This document shows positions 52,701 through 64,000 of a stretch of 64,000 nt of DNA, one piece after another (within the stretch, counting starts at the first letter, position 1; each line of letters starts with the position of its first letter). Source of the DNA: Bugula neritina (lineage: Eukaryota > Animalia > Bryozoa); NCBI GenBank assembly GCA_964035545.1, contig OZ037769.1, positions 6,119,929 through 6,183,928 on the forward strand. Direction: 5' to 3'. The translations under genes were made by a program, and so were the position numbers. The notes under the pieces are model-generated. The model searched no databases. It was not told the origin of the DNA and saw only the letters and a program-made list of their open reading frames with translations.

Positions 52701-55700
52701 GCGAAGCGGCTACTATTACTTATCAAACAGCTTAGCTAATTGGCTAATACAGTGTTCCGGGTCAATACGCAACCTTGCGTATTGTGTTGCTGGTAGCTCC
52801 ACGAGCCACCACACTGCCCCCTCCAGCAGAAAGCCCACTTTCTGATAAAATAAGGTTCACATAAAACGTATACTTCGTTGTGGGGGGTCAAGAGAACAGT
52901 ATAAAAGTATATAGAAAAAACAACAACTGGTAAAAAATATACAGGTATATATAACGTGCACTAAGTAATAAGCAAGAGAAGGTCCTATCTACATATAGAG
53001 TACGTGCCACCATTACGGTAGGGAATGCCACAGAGAGGTAGGGGAATGAGTAGTAGGGGGTTGTAGGTAGACTCGAGTTAACTGCGGGCCGCACGCTTCA
53101 TGCGTTTAATAGACTCCTGTAAATATTTGAGTTCACTGGATGCTGCCTGTACCCGTGGGGCCAGCCTGTACACTTCTTGCTCCAAGTCATGCGCCCTAGC
53201 TTCTACCTCACGTAGGTTACGGGCCCAGGGGGACGAACGAGAGGAAGTTGGCTGTCTGTGTCTTTTCCGCTCTGAGGATGGAAGGGGAGGAGGGAGTGTA
53301 TACGCATTTGTGTCTACTCTCTGTAGTACGACACGAGGAAAGGTATGCGGCATGCGTATAGGACTGTGAGGTGGAGAGTTAGTAGACTGTGTAGGTTTAT
53401 CTGCGGCTCCAGAGATGATTGGTCGCGAGGGAGGGAAGCCTTGCTCCAGGCGAGATAGCCGAGCTGAGTCAGTGATGAGTGGTTTGATGGCGTTGAGAAA
53501 GGCAGGATATGATTATTCGTCTACTTCATAGACATGCCCTTGATAGCACTGCATAGTACGTTGGTGCCGCAATAGGTAATCACGATTGTAGCTATATTCT
53601 CCGCAAGGGCAGAAAGTGGTGATGTAGTGCTGCGGCAAGTGTACTTTTAGTCTGCGGTGGGTTGTGAATCGCTGCTGGCAGAGGTTGCATTCACGATTAC
53701 TCTCACCTCCTTGATGGGTCCCGATTTCTCTCTCTGTGGCAGGGGTAATCCAGTTGGAGGTTGCTTCCAACTGGGGTGGCAGTTGCCTGGTTGTAGGAGT
53801 TGTTGGGGCCGGCTCTGGGTCCCACGCCATCTCTAGGGAAGGCATGCCCGTAGAGACGGGCGCGAGTGTGTCTACAAAAGTAGAATTATTGTTAGATCGC
53901 GGTGGATCTTTACAACATAATTCTAGTGACTGTCGACCGTTGCTAGCCTGAGAGTCACAGCTTTTGGAATGCACTCGAGGAACTGATGAATCATGTGTGG
54001 ACTGACCAAGAACAGTGTCTAGCTCCAGGTCTAACAGACCGTCGGCCATTACAGTGTCTTCATCGTCATTCACAGGAAACGTGGTTCCCAGTAATTCTGA
54101 TTCAATCTGCTGAATTAGTTCAGAATTTACTGGCATCGAGCCCGTTTCCATGAATAGGAATACAAGACTTATACTGGCTTACCTGGGAACTCGGTATTAA
54201 TGTCCATACTCAACGTTCTTGGTAAGGTTGGAGCTGGTTGTGAGATACGTCTGCCTTTGGCGATGTCAGCATAAGAAAAGGCTGAGCATCGTTTCTGAGG
54301 CACGAGGTCGGAACTATTTGCTTTACGCGCATTAATTCCTCCCACTATTCCGCCCTCGCAAAAGTTGATATTTGCGTGGGGTTCACAACTCCAACATTTT
54401 ATCGTACGGTTTTCCCCTAGACTTTCATGTGCGCCGCTTCTAATGCAGTCACATATGAAGTCTTTCAAATACAGTGGGGGTTTCCTCGTACGCTGTCCCC
54501 TTTCTAGGGGGGGTGACACGCTTGCCGGTTCGTTAGTAGGGGCCTCTAATGGCGTCTCTACTTCACCGTTAGTGGTCACCTCTTCTTGTTCTCCGGATGG
54601 AGCCCCTCCCTCCGTGGGGGTTTGCACTTCCGGAACCGGCTCGGTTTCTGGAAGTGATGGAATTAGACTTGGCGGTGGCGGACACGCTTCTGTTGACAAC
54701 AGCTGCCGCTCCTCTCTCACCAAGTTTTCCTCCCGCGGTATGACCACTTCGTATTCAGGTCCATGCCGCCGTCGCCCGCGCGTCGTTGTCTGCCTCCTGG
54801 GCTCTAACAACGGGGGGGCTTCTCCCACTCCGTCAGGGCTAGCCCAATACGGTTTCAAGCGAGACTCATTCTGGATAGACACCTGTCCTGAGCGCTCAAT
54901 CTTGTACGTATGATTGGGCATAGCCTCGACGACCACGTAGGGGCCTACGAACTTAGGCTTCAGCTTATCAGCCTGTCCGCGGCGCCTACGGTAATTGACC
55001 ATCCACACCTTATCTCCCCTTTGATAGAGAGGTGGTTCATCGGAATCTTCGTGTCGCACCTTCCACTGCTGTTGACGCAGTATATCGTGTGCGGCCTTCA
55101 TCCGTTCCACTAGTTCACTGGCATACTCGTGAACCGAGTTGTCTTGCTCTGGAACGTGATAGGTGAGATGGTCAGGGACGCGAGTCTCTCTCCCGAGCAT
55201 CAAGAGGTTTGGGGTCTCACCAGTACTGGTGTGTGGGGTGCTACGGTATGCACGCATGACTTGCGGCAACACCGTATCCCATTCCTCTTGACCTCGTCCA
55301 AGGAGGAGACTCCGGAGTGCATCACCTAGCATCCGGTTGTTGCGCTCCACCACCCCGTTACCTTGAGGGTGGTAGGGGGTGGTCCTGCTCTGATTTACTC
55401 CCCAGAGGTGGCAAAGGTCGCTCATCAGTTGAGACTGGAATTGAGCGCCTTGATCAGAGTGTATCTGTTCGGGAAGCCCAAAATAACAGAATACATGTTG
55501 GTCTAGTGCCCTGGCCACTGTTGGGGCTGATGCATCTGGGATGGCCAGAGCATCCGCCCACCTAGTAAAGTGGTCGGTTAGTACTAGGATCCAATTATTG
55601 CCTCTGGGGGTCAGGGGCATGGGTCCGACCAGGTCTACAGCGACTACTTGCCAGGGCCTACCAGCATATAGCCTCCGCCGTCCTGCTTCACCAGGGGGGC

Positions 55701-58700
55701 GGCTATGCTTACTGGCCTGGCAGATCTCACACTGTTTGACTCTGAGCCGGACGTCAAGCTCCATCTGCGGCCAATACCACCGGAGTCGTAATTTGGATAT
55801 CACTCGCTTGACCCCTGCGTGGGCCTGCTTGTGAGTATCCCAAATCAACTCACGGCGGATGGCTGTGGGGCAGACTACCCTCTTCCTTTCCGGGTGTCTA
55901 CCGCTGGCAGCTAGAGAGATGGTTAGCAACCCATCCTACCCGATCCGCAGCGAGTCCCAACGCTGACAGTATAGCCGGAACTCGGCGCATCCCTGTCGTA
56001 TGCGTTCCTCGCTGGGTCGTCGCCCTTCCCTTTTGGCCCGGTATATGTCTGCCACGACTCCAGGCAGCTCTTCTTGGAGCTTCTTCAGCTCTCGAACATT
56101 ACCGGCCAGTACAGGGTTGGCGCGGAGGTTTTGTACATCCTCCGGGGACTCATCAACTCTTTGCCTGAGTTGACCTTGATCCCAGTCAAACGGTGCTCCG
56201 TGATGAGCCAGCGTCTCCAACTCGCATCGCGGGGGACCTCCATCCCTCCTCTCGATGTTGAGACACTGTTTGCAACCTCCGTCAGGTCGGCGACTCAACC
56301 CATCCGCATTGCTGTGTCTCTTGCCCGGTCGGTGTTCAATCCGGTATGAGAATTCAGCTAGGATTTCGAGCCACCGGGCGACCTGACTAGAGGGCTCTGC
56401 TCTCCTGCACAACCAGATCAGCGAGGCATGATCCGTACGCAGCCGGAACTTCCTGCCATATAGGTATGGTCTGAAGTGCTTCACTGACTTGATTACTGCC
56501 AGCAGCTCCTTGCGGGTAGTGCAGTAATTTCGTTCAGCGGGAGAGAGAGACTTGCTGTAGTAGGCTACTACTACTTCTCGGCCTTCCTGCACTTGTGACA
56601 GCACAGCGCCAACATTCTGGTCACTGGCGTCCGTGTCGAGGATGTACTCCAGAGTGGGGTCTGGGTAGGCCAAGATGGGCGCCGTTAGGAGGCAGCCCTT
56701 GAGGCGGTCGAACGCTTCTTGTTCGACTGGGGTCCACTGCCACGTCACTCCCTTTGCGGTAAGCCGGTTTAACGGCTGGGCTATGCCCGCAAAGTCTGGT
56801 ATGTATTGCCTGTAATACCCTACCAGCCCCAAGAAAGCCCGGAGTCCGGTCAAGTCTTGGGGGGTGACCCAGTCTTCTACTGCCCGTACCTTTTCGGGAT
56901 CCGTTGCCACGCCGTTTCGACCGACAACGTGCCCCAGGTACTTGACCTCCGGCTGCAACAGAGCGCACTTGGAAGGTTTGAGCTTAAGACCGGCACCTCG
57001 GAGTCTCTCGAAAACCTCCTGCAGACGACTGACATGTGTCTCGAAGTCTGGAGAGATTACGATGACATCATCGAGGTAGACCAGCAGTGTCTTCCAATGG
57101 AGTCCGCTAAGGACTTGTTCCATCAGCCTCTGGAAGGTGGCTGGGGCGGAGGTTAACCCGAAGGGCAGCACCTTCCACTTCCACAAACCGTCCCGTGTGA
57201 TAAACGCCGCTTTCTCTTGGGCGTCGGGACTCAGAGGAACCTGCCAATAGCCGCTTAGCAAGTCTAACGTACTGAAGTACTTGCTGCCGGCTAGAGCGTC
57301 CAATGACTCGTCAATACGAGGTAGAGGGTAGGCGTCCTGTATGGTTACGCTATTGAGTTTGCGGTAGTCCACACAGAACCGCCAACTGCCGTCTTTCTTC
57401 CGGACCAGTACGACTGGCGAGCTCCACGCACTATGGGCGGGCTCTATCAGTCCCCGGTCCAGAAGATCCCGTACTTGTCGGCTAACCTCCTTCTCTTTCT
57501 CCGGCCCCAGCCTGCGCGTGGGCTGCCGGACAGGGGCTGTCCCTGCAGTCAGCGGTATTTCGTGTCTGACAATTCCAGTCAGTCCCACGTCATGCTCTCC
57601 GCTGCTGAACACATCACCGTAGTCGCGTAGTAACTTGGCCATAGCTTGGCGTTCTCTGTTACTCGCGCAGCCGCCACTGGCTGTTTCGTATAACTCCCGG
57701 AGATGTGTTGGGACTGCCCCTCGTCCCTGAATAGGGTGTCGAGGGGGTGCCTCCGTCGCGTCACCCAGCGACGGGCCCACGTCCTCTTCCTGGACGGAAT
57801 GGAACCGGCCCAGCATTGACCCAGCTGGGAGCTCAATGGGCTCGGTAAAGGGGTTGACGCACTGCACTAAGACCTCCCCTCGCTCAGTTAGTCGGTTTAA
57901 ACTACTGGCGAGTTGGATCTTTTCGTGCGCGCTTTCAACGACCCCGAGCCTGGCTATCCGGTTGCTGTTCACTCGGCAGTGGATAGTAGCTCTGGAGCGT
58001 CCGGGTACGGTGCAGTTTCGAACTACCTGAACACCGCCCACCAGAGGACGCCCAAACTTATCCACACAGGCGAGTCCTCGCCCGCCCATCAGCACCACCG
58101 ACTTACTGAAATCTATTCGGCACTGGTGTTGCTTCAAGAAGGGCATTCCGAGGATAGCATCTTCCTCCAGTTGACCTATGATAAAGGTCTCCTGTACAGC
58201 CTGATCTCGGACACGCCCAGGGAGCTCGATAATACCATAAAAGGGGATACATGACCCGTCTGCCAGGGTGCCATGTTCTCCAGTATACGGTCGTACTCTA
58301 TCCCTGTCCCGGCGGGGCAGTGCCTCAAAGACTCTACGACTGAGAAGGTTGGTAGTACAACCGGAGTCGAGCAGGAAAGTGACGGCGTTGCCGGCCACCT
58401 TTCCGGGTAGGAAATAGCTCTCTCCATGTGGTTGTACTTTCACCCCCCCCCCCCCCCGCATGTGCTGTCCTGGTTTGACAGGACGGCGGGGGTTTCACCC
58501 GTGGTTTACGGGGCTTCCGGCGGCGAGGTTGGTGCCGGCGGGGTTTGGGCCTCTCCACTGGGCCTTCTGGCTCCATTTCAGTGGCGGGCTCCTCCTCCCG
58601 AGGTAACCGGTGAAACCGGTTAGCGAGTGGCAGGGAGAAGGTACTGGGCCGTTGTGCGGGCCTACTAGTCCTGCGTGGTACCTGCCACTCGGGTGGGGTG

Positions 58701-61700
58701 TTCCGCCGTGTCCGTACGGACAGACGACGGCGCGTTCCACCATACTCCTTTAGTTGCGGCCCGCGGGGAGGGAGTGTGTCCGCGGGCCGTGACAGTTTAA
58801 CGCCCCCTGGTATTGGGGTCGTCCTTTCTGTCCCTGGTCCTGATCGGCGCTACTCCAGCCCTGCCCCACAGATGTTGGGGGCATCCGCAAGGCCTGACCG
58901 GGGCCAGCACCGGCCAGAATGGTTACCAATTGTCCCAGCATCTCTACCATGCGGTCCACTTCGGCTTCCAGCGGGAGGGCTTCGGAGCCTGTCGTAGCCC
59001 TGGCAGCGCTGACTCCAACCACTGGGGGGTTCCTTTGTGCTCGATGCATTTGGGTAGCCAACAGGTAAGCTTCTCCAGCCTTCAGGGCATCCTCTATTCT
59101 GGTTATCCCTTTAGCTCGTAGGTGATGGTCTAGGCCCAGGTCGTTTAGGGACTGGACAAAGGCGTCATAGGTGTAACGCTCCTGGTGTTGTGCTGGCAGA
59201 TCGCTATATGCAATCTGCGCCAGCTTCTTCACCGTCGCGGCATGTTCTTGCAGCGAGGTCCGCGGGGTGCGGCACAATCTCTCCAGCTTGGTCCTAGCGT
59301 CTATGACGGAGGTGCCAAAACGGGCCCGCAGCGCAGCCAGTATGCCGTCTACGTTCGTTCCCACTCCGTACGGCTTGGCTTGCTCCGTCACCGCCCTCCG
59401 CAATTGGATAAGGGCCACTCTATGCGGCCATTGAGCAACTTCCATTACCTCTCTAAATTCTTGTATAAATTGTTCGACATCTTCCGACCCAGTAAAGGTG
59501 GGAGCTTTCAAGCAATGTCTATAAGCTTCTTCTCCTTCACGATTCACAGGATTAACAGCATTTCTACGCTCACCTTCTACTGGGGGTGGTTGCATTCTAG
59601 CATTTTCAGTCTCCATCTTTGATATACACTATCCCACCGCTGCCACCACTGTTATAGTTTTCAGATTTAGGGTTGATGTGCCACCAAGAGAGTCTATTTC
59701 ACACTAGAGAAACTTCACCAGTTAAGTCGAGTAGATATCGTTATATTTAATACAAGAATACATAATAAAAATCCAATGTACAACAGTAATGATACGCACG
59801 TCTATTTAGTTTACAGCACTATCCTCGACTGAGCTAGTAGCGCGAAGCGGCTACTATTACTTATCAAACAGCTTAGCTAATTGGCTAATACAGTGTTCCG
59901 GGTCAATACGCAACCTTGCGTATTGTGTTGCTGGTAGCTCCACGAGCCACCACAATATGAGGATGCAAGAAAAAATTATTAATTATGTGTATAACTTACA
60001 GCAACACTTTAATAAATGCGACTACAGTAAACAATGATTGCACAGATAAAATCAATATTTAAAATATTATCAGAGATTTTTTATATGCACTCAAACAACT
60101 ATCATTACTGATCAACTTTTGTGTAATTTTTATTTTTTCATAAAAAAATATTATTCAATTGATGAAAATCATTATATTACTAACTACAACTAGATTTTCT
60201 ACACATTCTAGAAATATTACCTAATATTTTATATACTTAACATTGCCTACAAACACGTGTATCAGTGCAACACTGAGTGTTAAAAATAAAAATCAATCTC
60301 AGCATCCATAAACTTTTACTTGAACATTAAAAATATTTTTAACTAGGTCTTACTTATCAACTTGATCCAAAACTTCTAAATTCCAAACTCTCATAGTTTG
60401 ATCGGAGCTGAGAGAAAGGAACTGTGGACCCCAGGGATAATTAGCGAGTCCAGTTACACTCTTTGTATGACCCACAAATACAAACTGCAATTTCCAATCA
60501 CTGGACCAGACTTTGACTAAAACCATTAAAGTAAATTAATAACTAATAATCAACAGTTTACAGTGTAGTTAACGCGCTAAAATGCTGATATATTTGTTAG
60601 AGAACACAAGTTGAATAGTGGGTGAGACAAGTTCGTAGTATATAACATTTAGTATCATAACGAATATAGCTGGTACATGCTATGCTGTATTACATGGCTG
60701 GTAAAGTCGCATGTAGTAAATGTTAGGCTATGTGATGCACTGAATAGCCCGGCAGCAACTTACTCGATCCGTCATAGGCAGCAGATATCAAATACTTGAG
60801 AGGATTGAAGAACAACAAAGCTGTAATGTCTCTTTGATGTAGATTCTTTCTCCAACACACAAACTGCATGTCACTCACACTAAATACCTGCATGAATCAA
60901 CAACACAAACTTATTACAAAGAATGATAATATTTAATAAAACAAACTACAACAGTTTAAGAAAAAAAACTGTATAAAACAGTGAATGTGGGAAATTATTG
61001 AATTTAACTATTTCTCTACAGGTTCTTTTTCTCTTTTTCAATTACATTCGCTAAGTTTTTTAATATTCTAGAAATTATACAAAAAGTGATTAGCCAGCTC
61101 TTATTATATTACAAAGAAGGTAAAATACTACAACATGCCATTGATAAAAGTGTTTAAAACATCTTTAGGTGACTTGGAGTTACAAATAAAAAATTAGAGA
61201 AGAAACTAATAGATAATTTATTATGTCCATCCTAAGTAATAGAATGGACAAATTAATCATGTTAATAAACTAAATTCTATGTTTTACAAAGGTATTACGT
61301 TTTACTTACTGCTAAACAGGCATCAAATGCCACATAACACTTTTGAGTTCTGCTCGGGGTGTCTTCTAGGGCCAATAGATGCAGCTCTCTCCCTTCCAGA
61401 ATCTCATGTTCCATACGAGTGTGTCTCGCTATGAGATGACGATTCCCAAACCGGAACACATAACACTATTGAGTATATAGAATAAAGTGTATACATTATC
61501 ATGAAGAGATTATTACACTATTATATATTGCCCAATATACTGGAAAAACATTTTGACCTGCAAAATTATAAAAAAAGTATTCACTCAGATTTTTATTGAG
61601 TGGAAAAGTGCTAATTACTAGCTATTATTTTAAAAAACGGTGCAATTGTGTTAATTTACCAAATTTGTTCCAATTTAAGTTTTTGAGATGTTTTTTAGCA

Positions 61701-63517
61701 CTGCTGTCTAGCTATATTGTAAATGATACTAAAAAACATAAAACTTTTGCCCCCACTGGGATTCGAGCACGACACCTTCGGCTTGCAAGCAGGCTCGCTA
61801 GTATTACACCACAGGGGCCAACTCAACACTGCACAAAAAACTAAATAATCTGAAAACATTCATTTACCAGCAAGTATCCATTTCCACACACAATGAGCTC
61901 TTCTTTTGGTTCATTGTAAATGACTTGGTAAAGTTCACTTGGAGCGTCAGCTTGTGAATAGAGCTCAAAATCACTGCCATACAGCTACAAACATAGGCCT
62001 TTCTCCTTAAATTACCAATAATATGCTTAGAAAATGTGCGTATGTGCTTGCATATACATATACATAAGTAGGTGCGTGTATGAGGGTGTGCGTATGTGCA
62101 TTTGGGTCTTAATAGCTTTTTAAAGCGTAAGTTGTAACTTAGAAAATAACTGCTAGATTCAGTGTCCACAGAGTCAAGTCAAGTAGTATAGGCAGGAAGT
62201 AAACAATGCAGCAAGTCGAACTGACAATACAGGAACAGTTGTAACATAAAACTAAAAACTCACGTAAAGAGTTGGTTGCTTGTACTTCCAGCCAACATAC
62301 GAATTAATGTGTTTGATGTAACACAATCTGTTAATGTCCTCTGTGGGCATAAAAATATTCTTTCTCATGCCTGAGCTATGAAATATTCTAATAGCTTCTT
62401 CATCCACAGAAATATATTCCTGCATTGATATTAAGTTTCAATTTCAAACTTGCATTTCAATTGAGCATAAATTTTCAAGACTATATGTTGAAAATGTTTA
62501 TTAATTGTTTAATAACGAGTTTATAGCAACACCCTGCATTAACATTAATTATTACCATTCATATTAGGCAACATTATTCAATGAATCAACAGATACCAAA
62601 TGTAATTCAAGTTTATAGTAATTTTTCAAGAAGAACAAATAACAAACTTAAATATAACAAAAGAAAACTCGTTGTACAGTACTGATATAACAGAAAGATA
62701 TTAAAACTCACATCTGTGGTTGTGTTATGAAATGCAGTAGTGATGGCATTTCTGTGCATTATTTGTCTTTGAAAATGAACACCGTGTGACACATGCCGCT
62801 GTTTTACATCATTCTCAAGACTAGCATTGGCAGTGTCTAAGATTGTTTCTCTCAAACGGTTCCATAAGTAGCGAATCCTAAGACACATTCAATGTGACTA
62901 ATAAGCGAATATAAATTTCAGTAAACAGTGTTGTAAGTAGCAGACTACTGCCTACTCAGTAAAGAAGTCTAGCAACATAAAATCTACTTACTACTTTATA
63001 AATAGAAAACATTCAGTAATGCAATAACAATCAAACCCTGATTAAACAAGTAACTTGGATAACAGAAAAAGATATTCGAGAAGTTTTTGCAAATAGTGTT
63101 AGCAGCTATAAATACTACACAGAAACAGGTTAGCAGAAGACCAGAAGACTCAAGACTGGGTCTATTTTTAGTTTACCGTAGTTTGAGCTCCACTCGGCTA
63201 AATTATCACAAAAGAAATTAACAAAATAATAGTTTTAGGTTTTAAAGCTAACGTTCTATAAGGCAACATGTTTCCCATTTCAAAAAGTAATAATTTGCTT
63301 ATATGGTTAAACCTTCATTAATAACTAAACTCTAAAATAACGCCATCAACTCATTATCTTAGTATTTCACTTTACCAGTACCTTCATCAACATTCAAAGA
63401 AATTAAAAAACAATACTTTAAACTTTACCGAGCCGCTTTGATTTCTTCACCTCTCTCATCTTTTACTTTCTCAGACCCAGCACTGTTAATTCTTTTGCTA
63501 TTTTTATAGTCTTTCAT
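31750..63517 (-). CDS. WDR97: WD repeat-containing protein 97-like (KIAA1875 family), ~36-38 exons
   Basis: Phase-consistent exon chain from a candidate ATG at 63517 (further 5' exons possible) to TGA at 31750. WD40 repeats IKVWSSDWKLQFVFVGHTKSVTGLANYPWGPQFLSLSSDQTMRVWNL and DHTDTITALTACQRMKLFASASLDGTVRVWS; family motifs IKVWRLFPYAAESLSP and GFLPNSVL; Pro-rich region and a C-terminal helical region. One intron (52209-60353) holds the LTR element. Confidence 0.85.
34727..35010. repeat. Imperfect ~20-bp intronic tandem repeat (~14 copies)
   Basis: Unit approx. cacccacttattaaacacac. Confidence 0.85.
42029..42943. repeat. 26-bp minisatellite (~35 copies) ending ~35 nt upstream of a WDR97 acceptor
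   Basis: Unit actagttaccctacaccagcc(t/c)ccta. Confidence 0.95.
46570..46985. repeat. Degenerate pentamer (ctata/ttata) low-complexity tract; similar tract at ~43045-43160
   Basis: Runs such as tatactctattttatac. Confidence 0.7.
52509..52813 (-). repeat. 3' LTR (305 bp)
   Basis: Identical to 59650-59954 except one substitution (ctatttaacac vs ctatttcacac); preceded on the minus strand by PPT GGAGGGGGCAG (52824-52814). Confidence 0.97.
53078..54151 (-). CDS. Retroelement ORF3: zinc-finger plus C-terminal coiled-coil protein (357 codons), interrupted by one in-frame TAA at 53515-53513
   Basis: ORFs 53513..54151 and 53078..53353 share a frame and the sequence between them is open after the TAA. 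Motifs CNLCQQRFTTHRRLKVHLPQH and CPCGEYSYNRDYLLRHQRTMQC; heptad tail LREVEARAHDLEQEVYRL...LKYLQESIKRM. Confidence 0.75.
54169..58801 (-). pseudogene. pol: Gypsy pol (protease, RT, RNase H, integrase), disrupted as assembled
   Basis: Protease LLDSGCT, RT RFCVDYRKLN and YLDD, RNase H DTDASD, integrase HHCC (HKQAH...CEIC), DDE core and GPY motif. In-frame TAG at 55938-55936 and a one-base frame offset at a G15 run (58443-58457). Confidence 0.9.
58750..59616 (-). CDS. gag: Gypsy gag, 288 aa, no CCHC knuckle seen
   Basis: First ORF after the PBS; KAPTFTGSEDVEQFIQEF capsid-like start typical of Ty3/Gypsy gag. Confidence 0.85.
   Translation of the reverse strand: METENARMQPPPVEGERRNAVNPVNREGEEAYRHCLKAPTFTGSEDVEQFIQEFREVMEVAQWPHRVALIQLRRAVTEQAKPYGVGTNVDGILAALRARFGTSVIDARTKLERLCRTPRTSLQEHAATVKKLAQIAYSDLPAQHQERYTYDAFVQSLNDLGLDHHLRAKGITRIEDALKAGEAYLLATQMHRAQRNPPVVGVSAARATTGSEALPLEAEVDRMVEMLGQLVTILAGAGPGQALRMPPTSVGQGWSSADQDQGQKGRPQYQGALNCHGPRTHSLPAGRN
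59631..59648 (-). other. Primer-binding site complementary to the tRNA-Leu 3' end
   Basis: TGGTGGCAGCGGTGGGAT 1 nt inside the 5' LTR boundary; complement ATCCCACCGCTGCCACCA matches the 3' 18 nt of animal tRNA-Leu(AAG/TAG) including CCA. Confidence 0.88.
59650..59954 (-). repeat. 5' LTR (305 bp)
   Basis: Direct repeat of 52509-52813. Confidence 0.97.
61748..61818 (-). mobile_element. tRNA-derived SINE head or tRNA pseudogene
   Basis: Minus strand GCCCCTGTGGTGTAAT...GCTCGAATCCCAGTGGGGGCA: A-box-like and B-box-like motifs and pairing ends, but no proper anticodon stem. Confidence 0.5.
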
Positions 63518-64000
63518 GTCTAGCAAAAGCAGTAACACCCAGAGTCGCTTTTTAAATAAATAAATTCACCTAAAAATGTAATTCTCATCAATCATTAACA
63601 TAATTCTTATTAACATTTTGTGCTATGTCAGATTTTCAATATTTCTAGAAATTAAGTAATAAAATGTTAAGCTAGCTTATTGAAACTGTTATTTCATTAA
63701 TTATTCATTACTTGGCCACTCACATTTTTTAGCACAACTGTAATCAATTGATTTGATAAAAAGACTGTTTTTTTCGATAAACATACAACTGGTAGATCAA
63801 CTGCAATGGCTGAGTAATCCTAATCATAATTAAAATAAAATAAAAAATAAAATTACAGAAATACTTTTCAAAGTTATAGTATTACTATTATTGTAATGCT
63901 TAAAATAATAGTAATAATACAAATATATTTTCCTGACTTCACACTAAAATGTTTCTCAATAGCCCAAATATTTTAAATGATATGAATTTATTCGCAATCA

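Larger units (their letters stand above)
52509..59954 (-). mobile_element. Full-length Ty3/Gypsy LTR retrotransposon, 7446 bp, in a WDR97 intron in the same orientation as the host gene
   Basis: TG...CA LTRs at 52509-52813 and 59650-59954; 4-bp TSD ATAT (52505-52508 and 59955-59958); PBS and PPT present; domain order gag-PR-RT-RNaseH-IN. Confidence 0.97.

Noticed and set aside
53078-54151. env gene
   Set aside because: No signal peptide, transmembrane anchor or fusion-protein layout; zinc-finger motifs instead
53100-59622. Numerous plus-strand ORFs within the retroelement
   Set aside because: Antisense shadows of GC-rich gag, pol and ORF3; no recognisable motifs
61748-61818. Functional tRNA gene
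   Set aside because: Anticodon and D stems do not pair and the B-box is degenerate; treated as a tRNA-derived repeat

Overview
AT-rich, intron-rich genomic DNA from an invertebrate animal; the exact taxon cannot be fixed from sequence alone. Splice sites and reading phases were traced by hand. From left to right: (1) a 17-exon EF-hand gene of the EFCAB6 family (+, 359-9175, ~935 aa); (2) BSDC1 (-, 18364-9892, 10 exons, ~570 aa), convergent with it; (3) a tandem cluster of four small orphan genes (+, ~19.6-30.9 kb) that the ORF track shows only in fragments, sharing a Ser/Gly-rich N-terminal part, a phase-1 intron, a tyrosine-periodic core (P-aromatic-x-x-Y-[YL]) and, in B and D, Cys-rich tails; the first of them carries a 601-bp near-perfect inverted repeat around a candidate 27-nt microexon; (4) a ~36-38-exon WDR97-like gene (-, 63517-31750). 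One WDR97 intron holds a recent full-length Ty3/Gypsy LTR retrotransposon (52509-59954) with 305-bp LTRs differing at 1 nt, an ATAT target-site duplication and a tRNA-Leu primer-binding site. It also carries an extra non-env ORF encoding zinc fingers and a coiled coil. A recurring oddity is tandem repeats that amplify or abut splice junctions. The best candidates for undescribed biology are the four-gene Tyr/Cys/Ser cluster, the retroelement zinc-finger ORF3 and the splice-junction amplification pattern.
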